A stretch of 64,000 nucleotides of DNA, from NCBI GenBank assembly GCA_964016885.1, contig OZ024740.1, positions 245,892,001 through 245,956,000 on the forward strand, written 5' to 3'. Position 1 is the stretch's first letter. Every line of letters starts with the position of its first letter. The position numbers were made by a program, and so were the translations under genes. The notes beneath the pieces are model-generated. The model had not been told where the DNA came from. It saw nothing but the letters and a program-made list of their open reading frames with translations, and searched no databases. Of this stretch, positions 1 through 12,095 are shown piece by piece. Source of the stretch: Eledone cirrhosa (taxonomy: Eukaryota).

Positions 1-1120
1 GATGCCCTTCCTAACACCAACCACATTTACAGTGTGGTCTGGGAGCTTTTTACCGTGTTACCTACACAACCATATTACAGCGTGGACTGTGTTTTCTTTT
101 TTGTTTTTTTTACCCTCCCTTTTCTTTTTCCCTTCCCTCTTTGCTTCTTTTTTTTTCCTCCTCCTTTTTCCCTTTTTTCTTTTTTTGTCGTGACACCTAC
201 GCGATCTCATTAGTTTGGACTGGATGTTGTGGTACCAACATAACTTTATAGGGAAAGAGTGGTGTTGGCAGGAGGGGTAGTGGGTTTGAATGTATGTTTG
301 GTTAGGAGGGGCCTACTGACTGTAGGTTAACTTTGCACGTAGGGAACGTGAGTCTTCTGTATTACTGTGTAGCGCCAAAGATCTCGGTCCAGTGACATTG
401 TCTTAGAGAGGTGCAAGTGTGCAAGGTCGGAATTTATCATGTCGTCCCAGGTTTTTCTGGGTCTACCTACTCCGTAACTTCCCTCAATTTTGATCGCCTT
501 GCAATTTTTTATACAGCTGTCGTCTTTCATGCGCATCACGTGACCATACCAACATAATCGTCTCTCAAGTAAACAGCATCTGATCCCTTTTATTCCTAAT
601 TTCTCATTTAGTTTGTTTATGTTTTGCCATTCGTGTATATTACTATTATACATCCAACGGAGCATGCATGCTTCATTCCTTTCCAGTCTGCACAGGTCCT
701 CTGCACACACTGCCCATGTCTCACTGCCATTTAACATAGCTGTTCATATACAAGCATCATACAATCTGTCTTTCATTTTTAGAGAGAAACCTTTTGTGGC
801 CAATAGCGGTATAAGCTCTCTGAACTTTTTCCATCCCATTCTAACTCTGGCTACTGTACTTTCAGAGCACCCTCCCCCACTGCTGATTTTGTCACCCAGG
901 TAAGGGAAAATGTCCACTATTTCTATAGAACCATCTGGGCAGTAGAAGGAGCTAGTATCCTGTGGGTACCTGCTACTTATTGCACCTGAGCATCGACCAC
1001 ATATAAAATCTACATTCTTAGATAGCTTACCTGTGATCCCACTACATCTTTTATGTACCCATACTTTGCATTTGGGACATAAAATGGAATTTCTACCTAC
1101 TCCTTTCTTACACACTGAGG
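1..1120 (-). mobile_element. 5'-truncated, frameshifted RTE LINE (PHD finger, C-terminus, 3' UTR)
   Basis: ORFs 744-1328 and 327-737 match the C-terminus of the full-length copy; 5' end abuts a (TA/TG)n tract. Confidence 0.93.
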
Positions 1121-1463
1121 TATAGATATATACATGTGTATATATGTATATATATATATGTGTGTATATATATGTGTGTGTGTGTGTATATGTATATATA
1201 TATATGTGTGTATATGTATATATATATATATATATGTGTGTATATATATGTATATATATATATATGTATGTGTGTGTGTATATATATATATATATATTTG
1301 CATATATGTATGTATATATATATAACAACTAGAAATTGATTAACATATAAATAAAGATATGAAACAATCACAGGGGATAATTTTTACAAGTGTGTAAGCA
1401 CACACAGCTAGGTAGGTAACTAAATAAAGTTAACTTAATAGATACCTTATAATATGATTAATC

Positions 1464-1496
<33 letters not shown>

Positions 1497-1580
1497 CGTT
1501 ATTCCGGGTTGAATCGGAGGTAACCACAGTAAGTAAGGTACTCAATACATAGCAGAGTATAAAGGTTTTAATATAGATGA

Positions 1581-1644
1581 GATTCTACAGGACTAGAACT
1601 GTTTCATTCATTAGAAATCATCAGAAATCATTAGAAATCATCAG

Positions 1645-1648
<4 letters not shown>
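1581..1648 (-). ncRNA. Type I hammerhead ribozyme motif in a Penelope-like relic
   Basis: Minus strand gattt CTGATGA t ttc taat gaa t GAAA cag ttctagtc ctg TA gaatc; stems I-III pair; 20-nt duplication of the CTGATGA segment. Confidence 0.7.
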
Positions 1649-1678
<30 letters not shown>

Positions 1679-1680
<2 letters not shown>

Positions 1681-2980
1681 TAAAATGGAATCAGAATAAG
1701 AAGAAAGCAAGAACTGGGGGGGGGGGGGTTCCTTATCAGTTGTCTACTGGGGGTTTCGGATATTTCAACGCTTTAAAGACAAGATATCTACCCCCAGAGC
1801 GTTCAGTAACTGGGTAAGTTATTGGGAAAATGGAGGAGAGAGAGAAGGAAAATAGAAGGGAAAAAGGAAGAAAAGAGAAAACAGCGAAAAAAAACAACAA
1901 ACCAAGCAATGTGCGAGAAACTTAAGGTAAGAAAATACAAGACCACAGCAATAACAGAACTTAAGTTCAAGAGCGTGTGGGTGAACAAAAAGACACATCT
2001 GACCCCAGCGAGTGTAAGTGAGAAAAGGACTGCTAGAGGGTCAGGCGAGGTGCCAACCATCTCATTGTTTCCCTCACCTGACCCTCTAGCAGTCCTTTTC
2101 TCACTTACACTCACTGGGGTCAGATGTGTCTTTTCGTTCGCACATTCCTCGGTTTGTTGTTTTTTTTCGCGCTGTTTTCTCTTTTCTTCCCTTTTCCCTT
2201 CTATTTTCCTTCCCTCCCTCCTCCGTTTTCCCAATAACTTACTCAGTTATTGAACGCTCTGGACAGTAGATATCTTGTCTTTAAAGCGTTGAAATATCCG
2301 AGACCCCCAGTAGACAACTAATGAGGAAACCCCCCCCGCTGTTCTTGCTTTCTTCTTCTCATTCCATTTTAAGCTACCTTAACTAGTAACTACACAGCCA
2401 ATTGTATTCTCCATATAATTTATCATGTTTCGCTGTGACCAGTCTTCTCTCTCCTTCTACCTACCTATTTTGTTACTATCTACTCTTACCCCTCTTTCTT
2501 CCTCTCCCTTTCTCCCTCTCCCTCTCACTTTCACTCACCCTCTCTCTGCCAACCATCTCATTGTTTCCCTCGCCTGACCCTCTAGCAGTCCTTTTCTCAC
2601 TTACACTCACTGGGATCAGACTGTCTTTTCGTTCACCCACACGCTCTTGAACTTAAGTTCTGTTATTGCTGTGGTCTTTGATTTTCTTACCTTAAGTTTC
2701 TCGCACATTGCTTGGTTTTTTGGTTTTTTTCGTTGTTTTCTCTTTTCTTCCTTTTTCCCTTCTATTTTCCTTCCCTCCCTCCTCCGTTTTCCCAATAACT
2801 TACCCAGTTATTGGACGCTCTGGGGGTAGATATCTTGTCTTTAAAGCGTGGAAATATCCGAGACCCCCAGTAGACAACTGATGAGGAAGACTCTCCTGCC
2901 CCCCATTCTTGCTTTATTCTTATTCTCACTCCATTTTAAGCTACCTTAACTAGCAACTACACAGCCAATTCTATTCTCCA
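1679..2980. repeat. Three copies of a ~370-430 bp unit, one inverted (1679-2044) and two tandem (about 2050-2415 and 2547-2980); Penelope pseudo-LTR-like arrangement
   Basis: Direct and inverted identity read from the sequence; bounded by (TA)n on both sides. Confidence 0.8.
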
Positions 2981-2991
2981 TATATTTTATA

Positions 2992-3034
<43 letters not shown>

Positions 3035-3324
3035 AAATTTAGTACAGCATGATTGAAGCTCTGGTTGCAGCCAAGCTAACGAATGCAGTCGGAGTGTGCA
3101 GCTAAGCACTCAATAAGGTATATTACCTTAGAGTTATAACATTACATTTAGACAGCTTTGCAAATTGAAGACAGCGACCGATAGACAGGCCGCAGTGACC
3201 AAAGCGACGAAATAAACTGAACTCAGGATAAAATATGACATATATATATATATATATATTTGTATATATATATATATGTGTATATATATATATATGCGTG
3301 TGTGTGTGTATGTATATATATATG

Positions 3325-3806
3325 CGTATGAAAGGCCGGTTATATGATGCCTGTGTGAGATGCGCGATGCTGCATGGTAGCGAGACATGGGCAGCAACTG
3401 CAGAAGATATGCGATGGCTGGAGAGAAATGAAGCAAGCATGCTCCCTTGGATGTGTAATATCAATGTACATGAATGACCAAGCATAGATGAGTTGAGAGA
3501 GAAACTGTGTATAAGAGAAATAAGTTGTAGTGTGTGGCAGAGAAGACTGCGATGGTATGGACATGTGATGCGCATGGAGGATGACCGCTGGGTAAAGAAG
3601 TGCCAAAAAGTCCCAGTAGAAGGAAGACACAATAGAGGAAGACCACGAAAAACATGGGCGGAGGTGGTGAGAGCAGACCTCAGATCGCTGAAGCTCACAG
3701 AGGAGATGACGAAGGACCATGACAAGTGGAGAGATGCTGTGCTGAATAGGACCTGTCCCACCCTTGCAAGCAGGGAAAAGCGGACGTAAAATGATGTTGA
3801 TGATGA
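3325..3806 (+). mobile_element. 3' fragment of a second RTE subfamily
   Basis: [20 protein letters not shown]...[19 protein letters not shown], internal stop, short UTR and (GAT)n tail. Confidence 0.9.
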
Positions 3807-3826
3807 TATATATATGCATGTTTATA

Positions 3827-4852
3827 CTTGGTGTAGCAATAAAGTTCTTAGAATAACCTTTTAAATGAAAATGCACAACATATTGCAACTCAAATTTATT
3901 TATCCTGCAAAACATACTCTTCTTTGAATGCAATAACATCTTTACAGTGATTATGTAAAGCATTTAACTCTTTCTGGAACCGTTCTTTCAGCAATTGTCG
4001 AAATCAGTGTAACGATTCATCCACCACCTCCTCTAATGAAGCAAAAACAAATTTTCTTTGTTTATTCCAGTAACATGTGCAATGCAAAGCAATGATTATT
4101 TTGGCATCAATAGTGGTTGTGCAAGGACTGCCAGAATGAGGAACATCAATAAATGATGATTTCCTGCCATCTTTGAATTGTTTCACCCAATGAGAAATGG
4201 TTGAATTTGCTGGAACGTTGTTAATTCCACTCTCCTTCAATTGTGAAATAATATTTGTTGCTGATTTTCCGCGTTTCAATTCAATGCAAACATATGCTCT
4301 AAAATGTTCTTGACTTAAACCCATTTGATGAGTGCATTATAAACCCACAAGAATGACAACAAAATAATTATGCATGGGCCTGTGACAAAATACAGCATTC
4401 ATACAATGGAGGCACATGGCTTAGTGGTTAGAGCATTGGCCTTGCAATCGAAAGGTTGTGAGTTCAATTCTCAGCCTGGGTGATGTGTTGTTTCCTTGAG
4501 CAAGGCACTTTATTTCATATTGCTCCAGTTTACTCAGCTGTAGAAATGAGAGGATAGGGACTGGGGTCCCTATCATTCCACTGCAAAGTGGTCGTGGAGG
4601 TGCCATGGCAAAAAAGCACCCAGCACTCACTGTAAATGAGATTGGTGTTAGGAAGGGCATCCAGCTGTAGAAATCAAGCCAGAATCAGTTCCCGTCCCAC
4701 CCTTGCAAAAGTGGACGTAAAATGAAATGATGATGATGATACAGAATATCACATGTGTACAACAAAGTTCAAATTCCAACTAATATTAACTACATTTATT
4801 GATATATACAGCACACAGCCTACTATTCTCAAATCTTTATTACCACACCAAG
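3827..4852 (-). mobile_element. Internally deleted mariner-like DNA transposon with HTH remnant
   Basis: TIRs cttggtgtagcaataaagttcttagaata and (reverse complement) cttggtgtggtaataaagatttgagaata, flanked by TA; ORF 4004-4324 has the mariner HTH pattern (TISHWVKQFKDGR..DVPHSGSP). Confidence 0.85.
4406..4740 (+). mobile_element. tRNA-derived CORE-like SINE with RTE-derived tail, inserted in the mariner
   Basis: A box TGGCTTAGTGG, B box GAGTTCAATTC, ccttgagcaaggcactt core, tail shared with the RTE 3' UTR, (GAT)n; possible ATACA TSD. Confidence 0.85.
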
Positions 4853-5027
4853 TATATGTATGTATATATATCATCATCATCATCACTATTTTATGTCCAT
4901 TCTTCCATGCTGGCATGGGTTAGATGAGTTGTCCTGTTGTGAGCAATGCCAAGTCATACAGAACTGATTTTGGCTTGATTTCTACAGCTGAATGCCCCTT
5001 CCTAACACCATGTATATATATATATAT

Positions 5028-5290
5028 ATCATCATCATCATCATTTTACGTCCGCTTTTCCCTGCTTGCAAGGGTGGGATGGGAACTGATTCTGGCTTGA
5101 TTTCTACAGCTGGATGCCCTTCCTAACGCCAACCTCATTTACAGTGAGTGCTGGGTGCTTTTTTGCCGTGGCACCTCCACGGCCACTTTCCAGTGGAATG
5201 ATATGGACCCCAGTTCCTATCATCTCATTTCTACAGCTGAGTAAACTGGAGCAATGTGAAATAAAGTGTCTTGCTCAAGGAAACAACACA
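5028..5290 (-). mobile_element. 5'-truncated copy of the same CORE-like SINE
   Basis: Reverse complement of about 4483-4740. Confidence 0.85.
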
Positions 5291-5364
5291 TGTATATGTA
5301 TGTATATAAATATGTGTATATTTATGTATCTATCTCTCTATACATATATGAATATAATAATAAG

Positions 5365-5930
5365 TTGACGAGACTAGCATCGGTTTCACTGCTAGTACCG
5401 TTTACATAGAGTACTCAATAGGTAATGTTAAGTAAACTCCCAGAGTAAACACATAGTTATTCACTTTAACACAACACACGAGTTTCAGCCACACTTTATG
5501 CAGTAATCTACTGTTTGCATTTATTATGCAACAATGCACAATCAGCACATGTGGTTTCACCAGCAGGTTTCGCCTAATCAATAATCAAGCAAACGACAAA
5601 TTCGATTCTAGTCTATGTCGACTATGACAGAATGTGACGGCCAACACAGTAGAACGTTAGCAACTGAAATCCCTACGCGTCATCACAATGCCATCAGTCG
5701 ATTGGCCATTGATTCAGAAATTTGCATGACGGCAGGAGACGAAGATTCAAATAGTTCCGCTCCTGCCATAAGCTCTCAGCTAACATGTCTCAAACACAAA
5801 TTAACAAGCAAGTGAAAAACAGTTATTAAAAAATCAGTCTCCTATTGCTATACTATAGAATGGTAGCATTTGGCTCTAGTCTCCAAGTTCCATGGCGAGA
5901 AATAGTGCGACAGTAACAATGGTAGTGTCA
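5365..5930 (-). mobile_element. Penelope-like terminal-repeat relic with a degenerate hammerhead (about 5472-5567)
   Basis: Minus strand CTGGTGA aaccaca...tgtggct GAAA ctcgtgtg TT; GTACTCAATA motif shared with other relics; (TA)n flanks. Confidence 0.5.
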
Positions 5931-6236
5931 TATATATATATATATATATTTATGTATGTATTTATATATGTATATATATATGTATGTATTTATCATCATC
6001 ATCATCATCATCATCAGGTTTAGCGTCCGTGTTCCACGCTTGCATGGGTTTGGACGGGGGTTTTCCCACTTGAGGCAAGAGTGGTTGTCTTGCTCGCATA
6101 GGACTGTCTGGCGGGTTTTCTACAGCTGGATGCCCTTCCTAACACCAACCACATTTACAGTGTATATATATGTATATATATATATATGTATATATATAAA
6201 CATACATATATGTATATATATATACATGCATATATG

Positions 6237-6290
<54 letters not shown>

Positions 6291-6649
6291 AATATGTATG
6301 TATATATATACAAATATGTATGTATATATATACAAATATGTATGTATATATATACACATATGTATGTATATATATATACATATATGTATGTATATATATA
6401 CATATATGTATGTATATATATACAAATATGAATGTATATATATACAAATATGTATGTATATATATACATATATGTATATATATACATATACGTATATACA
6501 TATATACGTATATACATATATACATATATATATATATGTATATACGTATATATATATATATATATATGCCTATATATCTATATTTATATATGTATGTATA
6601 TATATATATCCATCCAAACCCATGCAAGCGTGGAAGATGGACGTTAAAC

Positions 6650-6685
<36 letters not shown>

Positions 6686-7121
6686 ATGTATGTATACATT
6701 TATATATGTATATATATATACATATATACATACATATATAAATGTATATATATATACATACATATATACATACATACATATATAAATAAAGATATATAGG
6801 CATATATATATATACGTATATACATATATATATATATATATGTATATATAATATAAGATCGAAAGATGGTTAAAGGAGTTCCATGTATTTTATTATGCGC
6901 ATTTCAAAAACAAACATCATCATGCAATAATATTTGTGTTTTCATCAGATAAAACAGGAGAACATGATATGAAGGCTAAAAAACACTTGTGGATAGTGCA
7001 GTTTTAAATTTACATATATATATGTATATATATATGTATACATATATACATATAGATATGTGTATATACATATAAATATGTACACACATATATTTACATA
7101 TATATACATATATATATATAT

Positions 7122-9807
7122 AGGAAGAGCAATTAGAGTCGTATAATATAGAGGAACAGTGGGAATTCCTGAGAGCAAACCTGCTGACGGCGGCAGACGA
7201 AGTCTGTGGCTGGAGCAGGCCTGTAGGTAGGAGGAGAGTAACATGGTGGTGGAACAGTAAGGTGGAGGAGTCAATTAAGGCCAAAAAGCAGGCTTGGAAA
7301 GTATGGCGGGATGGGGGAAGTAGAGAAGACTATCAAGTGGCCAGGAGGGAAGCTAGGAGACAAGTGTACTTCGCAAGAAGGGAAGCAGAGGAAAGAAAGT
7401 TCAAGCATGTTCTACAACGTGAGGACCAAAAACGTGAGGTGTTCAGGATTGCCAGGCAATGTGTCAAGGAAAACCGTGATATTGTCGGGGAGAAGTGTGT
7501 ACTTAACGATGATGGCATACTTGCCATCACCGACGCTGATAAGAAGGTAGCTTGGAAGTGTCACTACGAAAGGCTTCTAAATGAGGAGAACAAATGGGAG
7601 AAAGACAGTCTCCCCCAGATCGATCCAATAGAGGGACCAGCAGTGTTAGTTGAAGGTAGTATAATAAGTAAGGCAATCAAAGATATGAAGACGGGTAAGG
7701 CGGCTGGGCCTTCGGAAATAGTTGCTGAGATGCTGAAGGCATCTGGTTCGGTGGGACACACCATGGTCACCCGGATAGTTAACCAAGTCGTACAGAATGG
7801 GGTTGTTCCGAAGGAATGGCGTAGCAGCATCATCGTTAACTGCTATAAGGGAAAAGGAGATGCCCTAGATAGGAGTAACTATAGAGGCATTAAATTAATC
7901 GACCAGGTCATGAAGGTCACGGAAAAAGTAATAGCGCAACTAATCAGAGAGAGAATTGATCTAGATGAAATGCAGTTCGGGTTTGTGTCAGGCAAAAGTA
8001 CCACAGACGCTCTTTTCATTGTACGACAACTACAGGAGAAGTACCTAGCTAAAAGTAAACCCCTATACTTAGCTTTTGTCGACTTGGAGAAAGCCTTCGA
8101 CAGAGTCCCCCGTTCCATTATCTGGTGGTCTCTTAGAAAACTAGGTGTTGACGAATGGCTTGTGAGAGCTATACAAGCCATGTATAAAGAAACAGTCAGT
8201 AAGGTTAGAATTAACAACGAATATAGTGAAGAGTTTAGCGTAAAAGTTGGTGTCCATCAGGGCTCTGTACTTAGCCCCCTACTATTTATTATTGCCCTTC
8301 AGGCTATAACAGAGGAGTTCAAGACCGGCTGCCCATGGGAACTCCTATACGCAGATGATCTAACGCTCATAGCTGAATCAATGACCGAACTAGAGAAGAA
8401 ATTCCAAACGTGGAAGCACGGCCTAGAATCAAAAGGCCTTAAAATTAACCTGGCTAAGACTAAAGTTCTAGTTTGTAGGAAAGAAAATAAGGCGGCGGTC
8501 CCATCGGGGAAATGGCCATGCTCAGTGTGTAGGAAAGGCGTAGGTAGAAACTCCATTTTATGTCCCAAATGCAAAGTATGGGTGCATAAAAGATGTAGTG
8601 GGATCACAGGTAAGCTAACTAAGAACATAGATTTTACATGTGGCCGGTGCTCTGGTGCAATAAGTAGCAGCAAGTGCCCACAAAATACTAGCTCCTTCAA
8701 CTGCGCAGAGGGTTCTATAGAAATAGTGGACAGCTTCCGTTATCTGGGTGACAAAATCAGCAGTGGGGGAGGGTGCTCTGAAAGTACAGTAGCTAGAGTC
8801 AGAACTGGATGGAAAAAGTTCAGAGAGCTTATACCACTATTAGCCGCTAGAGGGTTCTCCCTAAAAATGAAAGGCAGGTTATACGATGCCTGCATACGAA
8901 CAGCAATGCTGCATGGCAGTGAGACCTGGGCATTGTGTGCAGAGGATATACGCAGACTAGAGAGGAACGAAGCTTGCATGCTCCGCTGGATGTGCAATAG
9001 TAATATACGTGAACGGCAAAGCATAAACGAACTAAGGAAAAAATTAGAAATAAGAGGGATCAGATGTTGTTTACTCGAGAGAAGGCTACGTTGGTACGGT
9101 CACGTGATGCGCATGAAAGACGACAGCTGTATAACAAAGTGCAGGGCAATAAAGATAGACGGTAGCCACGGAGTAGGCAGACCCAGAAAAACATGGGACG
9201 AGCTGATAAATTCCGACCTCACACGCTTACACCTCTCCAAGACAATGTCACTGGACCGAGACCTTTGGCGGTACTCAGTAATAGAGAAGACCCGCCTTAC
9301 TTAAATACAAAGTAAAAACCTACTACAGTCAGTAGGCACCTCTATCAAAACACACCCCCGTCCCACCACCTCCACCCCACCCACACCGCCCCTTTCAATG
9401 TAAAGTTATGTTGGTCCCACAACATCCAGGCCGAAACAAATGAGATCGTGTAGGTGTCACGACAAAAAACACACAGTCCACGCTGTAAATGTGGCCGTGT
9501 AGGCAACACGGTAAAAACCTCCCAGCCCCACACTGTAAATGTGGTTGGGGTTAGGAAGGGCATCCAGCTGTAGAAAACCCGCCAGACAGTCCACGCTGTA
9601 ATGTGGCCGTGTAGGCAACACGGTAAAAACCTCCCAGCCCCACACTGTAAATGTGGTTGGTGTTAGGAAGGGCATCCAACTGTAGAAAACCCGCCAGACA
9701 GTCCTATGCGAGCAAGACAACCACTCTTGCCTCAAGTGGGAAAACCCCCGTCCAAACCCATGCAAGCGTGGAACACGGACGCTAAACCTGATGATGATGA
9801 TGATGAT

Positions 9808-9809
<2 letters not shown>
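7122..9809 (+). mobile_element. 5'-truncated RTE LINE with uninterrupted RT-PHD-C-terminal frame (7262-9304), lacking the endonuclease
   Basis: [30 protein letters not shown]; (GAT)n tail; (TA)n on both sides; close to the 46154-49432 copy. Confidence 0.97.
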
Positions 9810-9869
<60 letters not shown>

Positions 9870-9951
9870 GTAATAATAATAAATTTGAAGACTAAAATCC
9901 GTTAAGGGTGAAAGCAGCGATTCTTTGCTTAAACTTTAATCTGTTATTTTA

Positions 9952-10025
<74 letters not shown>

Positions 10026-10269
10026 ATAATGGAGCTGCGGCGTTGCAAATGGGTTACATATGAAAAAAGTTTGTCCTTCATCAGTGATCTTCCAACCATC
10101 ATAGGCATTTCATCGCTTTAAAGACCATATACCTCCGGTTGGTGCGAACAACGGCTAAAAAAAGTCGTTGGGACACGTAAATAAAGGGGACGCGAGGGTA
10201 AACACACACACATATATATACATGTATGTGTATCTGTACACACATATAAACATACATCTGTATGTATCA

Positions 10270-10800
10270 CGAAAGTAGCATAGGCAATCAAGAAACCAGT
10301 TGATGTTACTCTCTTAAATCAAGATTTAGATGCCGTATACAATTGAGGTGAAGACAACAATATGCAATTTAATGCAGGTAAGTTTTAAGCCCTTCGTTAG
10401 CAATCCTACAAAGTTACACCAGGATGATAGTCTCAATGAAAGAGATGAGCAACTGGTAGAGGCTGAATAAATTAAAGCTTTGCTCCCAGGTGTGGAGACG
10501 GGTGATATATGCAGTGATATACATATGGAAGATCCTGGAAGGGTTAGCACCAAACTTCGGCATTGAAGGCAGGACCAGCCCACGAACAGGATGTGACTGT
10601 GTGGTGCCAAAGGTCCCATTTTTTGCATTAAGAATAAGGACCACATACTGCAATAGCCTGGGGTTCAAGCGACCCCAACTTTTTAATAAGCTGCCAAAAA
10701 ATCTGAGAGATCTACATGGTGTGCATGTAAATGTTTTCAAGAGACACCTCGACATTCGACTGACCAAGATCCTAGATGAACTCACAGTACGAGGCATAAA
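10270..10800 (+). mobile_element. Decayed CR1/L2-group LINE 3' fragment
   Basis: QDLDAVYN..NNMQFNAGKF and IYIWKILEGLAPN...GFKRPQLFNKLPKNLRD...FKRHLD. Confidence 0.8.
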
Positions 10801-11058
10801 TGGTGGTGCCCCAGCATGGCCTCAGTCTCTCAGCTGGAACACAAATAGAATATATACATATGTACAAATATATATACATATATATACTTCTTTATTGAAT
10901 TTGTTTTGCAAGATTTCTTATCTGAAAACGTGTGTTGAAACAGATATTGTTATACTTTGGGAGGGTCATGCTGCCAATAAGAACACATGCATCTGTTGGT
11001 TTTCACTTCAATTCATTATTAATTTCCAGTTGGTTGGTTGATTGGTTCAATAACGGGA

Positions 11059-11220
11059 TGGTTGTTTATATATTGTCAAAGCTCTTTCGTCACACATTCT
11101 GTGACCTCCTCAGTGACTGATTTCTTATTTTGTCTCTCTTTTTTTTCTGTCCAAAAATCAGTCACTGCAGAAGTCACAGAATGTGTAACGAAAGAGCTTT
11201 GACAATATATAAACAACCAT
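11059..11220. repeat. Inverted repeat (~65-bp arms), each arm with a minimal hammerhead motif
   Basis: Minus 11075-11117: gtca CTGAGGA g gtcaca gaatg tgtgac GAAA gagc TT tgac; plus 11161-11203 is a mutated copy (CTGCAGA). Confidence 0.75.
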
Positions 11221-11590
11221 TCGGTTATTATATGTGTATATATACATGTGTGTATATGTCAGTGGCGAAGGGTAACCTGGAAAGCAGGGCATGCAGTCCA
11301 ATCGCCATGGCGGAAAGTGGGGCTGTGCAGCCTTACCCCCCCCCCCCCCCAATTCCCTCTAAATGACCCTCCCAGTCAAAGCCGCATGTAGTGTTATCTA
11401 GTGTGTGTGTTATCTTTTTATGTGTCTACGGTTTCGTAAGCAGCCAAAATTCTGCTTGCTTCAACCGATGCAATTGATCAACTCAAGATTCTATAACGCA
11501 TGCACGCACCCTTCACCCCTGGTATATGTATGTATGCATATGTGTATATGTTTGTATGTATATATATATATGTGTGTGTATTTATGTATG

Positions 11591-11621
<31 letters not shown>

Positions 11622-11743
11622 ATTTATGTATATATATATATATATGTGTTTGTATATATATATTTGTATGTATGTATATATAATAATAGTGACACATGTT
11701 TCACGATCAATCAGCTCAAGGTATGATTGGATTCCTGAGAATC

Positions 11744-11837
11744 CACAAGTCTGATGAGCTATCAATTCCAGAGCCAGTCTCAATCACTACCAATCGTACC
11801 TTGAGCTGATTCATTGCGAAATGTGTGTCGCATGTGA
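11744..11837 (+). ncRNA. Degenerate type I hammerhead with long loop II, part of an inverted repeat (11691-11730 vs 11790-11829)
   Basis: cacaagt CTGATGA gctat...attgc GAAA tgtgtg TC gcatgtg, followed by AATAAA. Confidence 0.6.
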
Positions 11838-11904
11838 ATAAATATGATGTTGTTTTGATACTTCGTTCCTGTTCATTATCATTATTAATACTCTATTAAT
11901 ACTT

Positions 11905-12095
11905 AAGGGCGGTGGATTGGCAGTACCGGTAGAGAGTCGGACACCATGCTTTGAAGCATAGAGTTACGTCCCTTTATGATCTGAGTTCAAATCCCGCCGA
12001 GGTTAACTTTGCCTTTCATCCTTACGGGGTCGATAAAATAAAGTACCAGTAATGTACTGGGTATTTGCTGGCCTTGTGCCTAAAATAGAAACAAT
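11905..12095 (+). mobile_element. tRNA-derived SINE with Meta-domain-like core. Further copies near 26.1-26.6, 27.73-27.95, 28.1-28.3, 29.05, 29.6-29.8, 31.6-31.8, 33.6, 34.55, 36.06, 38.4-38.6, 54.2, 54.8, 55.7 and 59.1 kb
   Basis: B box GAGTTCAAATCC then gcctttcatcctt..ggggtcgataaaataaagtaccagt, recurring on both strands. Confidence 0.8.

Noticed and set aside
1097-1371. Many Y/I/C/V/H/T-rich ORFs here and at 5.9-6.8, 11.4-11.8, 20.2-21.0 and 35.1-35.5 kb
   Set aside because: Translations of (TA)n/(TG)n microsatellites
1803-2253. Two near-identical 143-aa ORFs on opposite strands
   Set aside because: Artefact of the long inverted repeat; low complexity, no recognisable domain
4406-4480. 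tRNA-like sequence (also at 53082 and 11905)
   Set aside because: Heads of SINEs continuing into core and tail; not standalone tRNA genes
10035-10090. CTGATGA on the minus strand, possible hammerhead
   Set aside because: No GAAA (GCAA instead) and no convincing stems I or II
10330-10377. Apparent AG...GTAAGT exon on the plus strand
   Set aside because: Translates in another frame as LINE RT (QDLDAVYN..NNMQFNAGKF)
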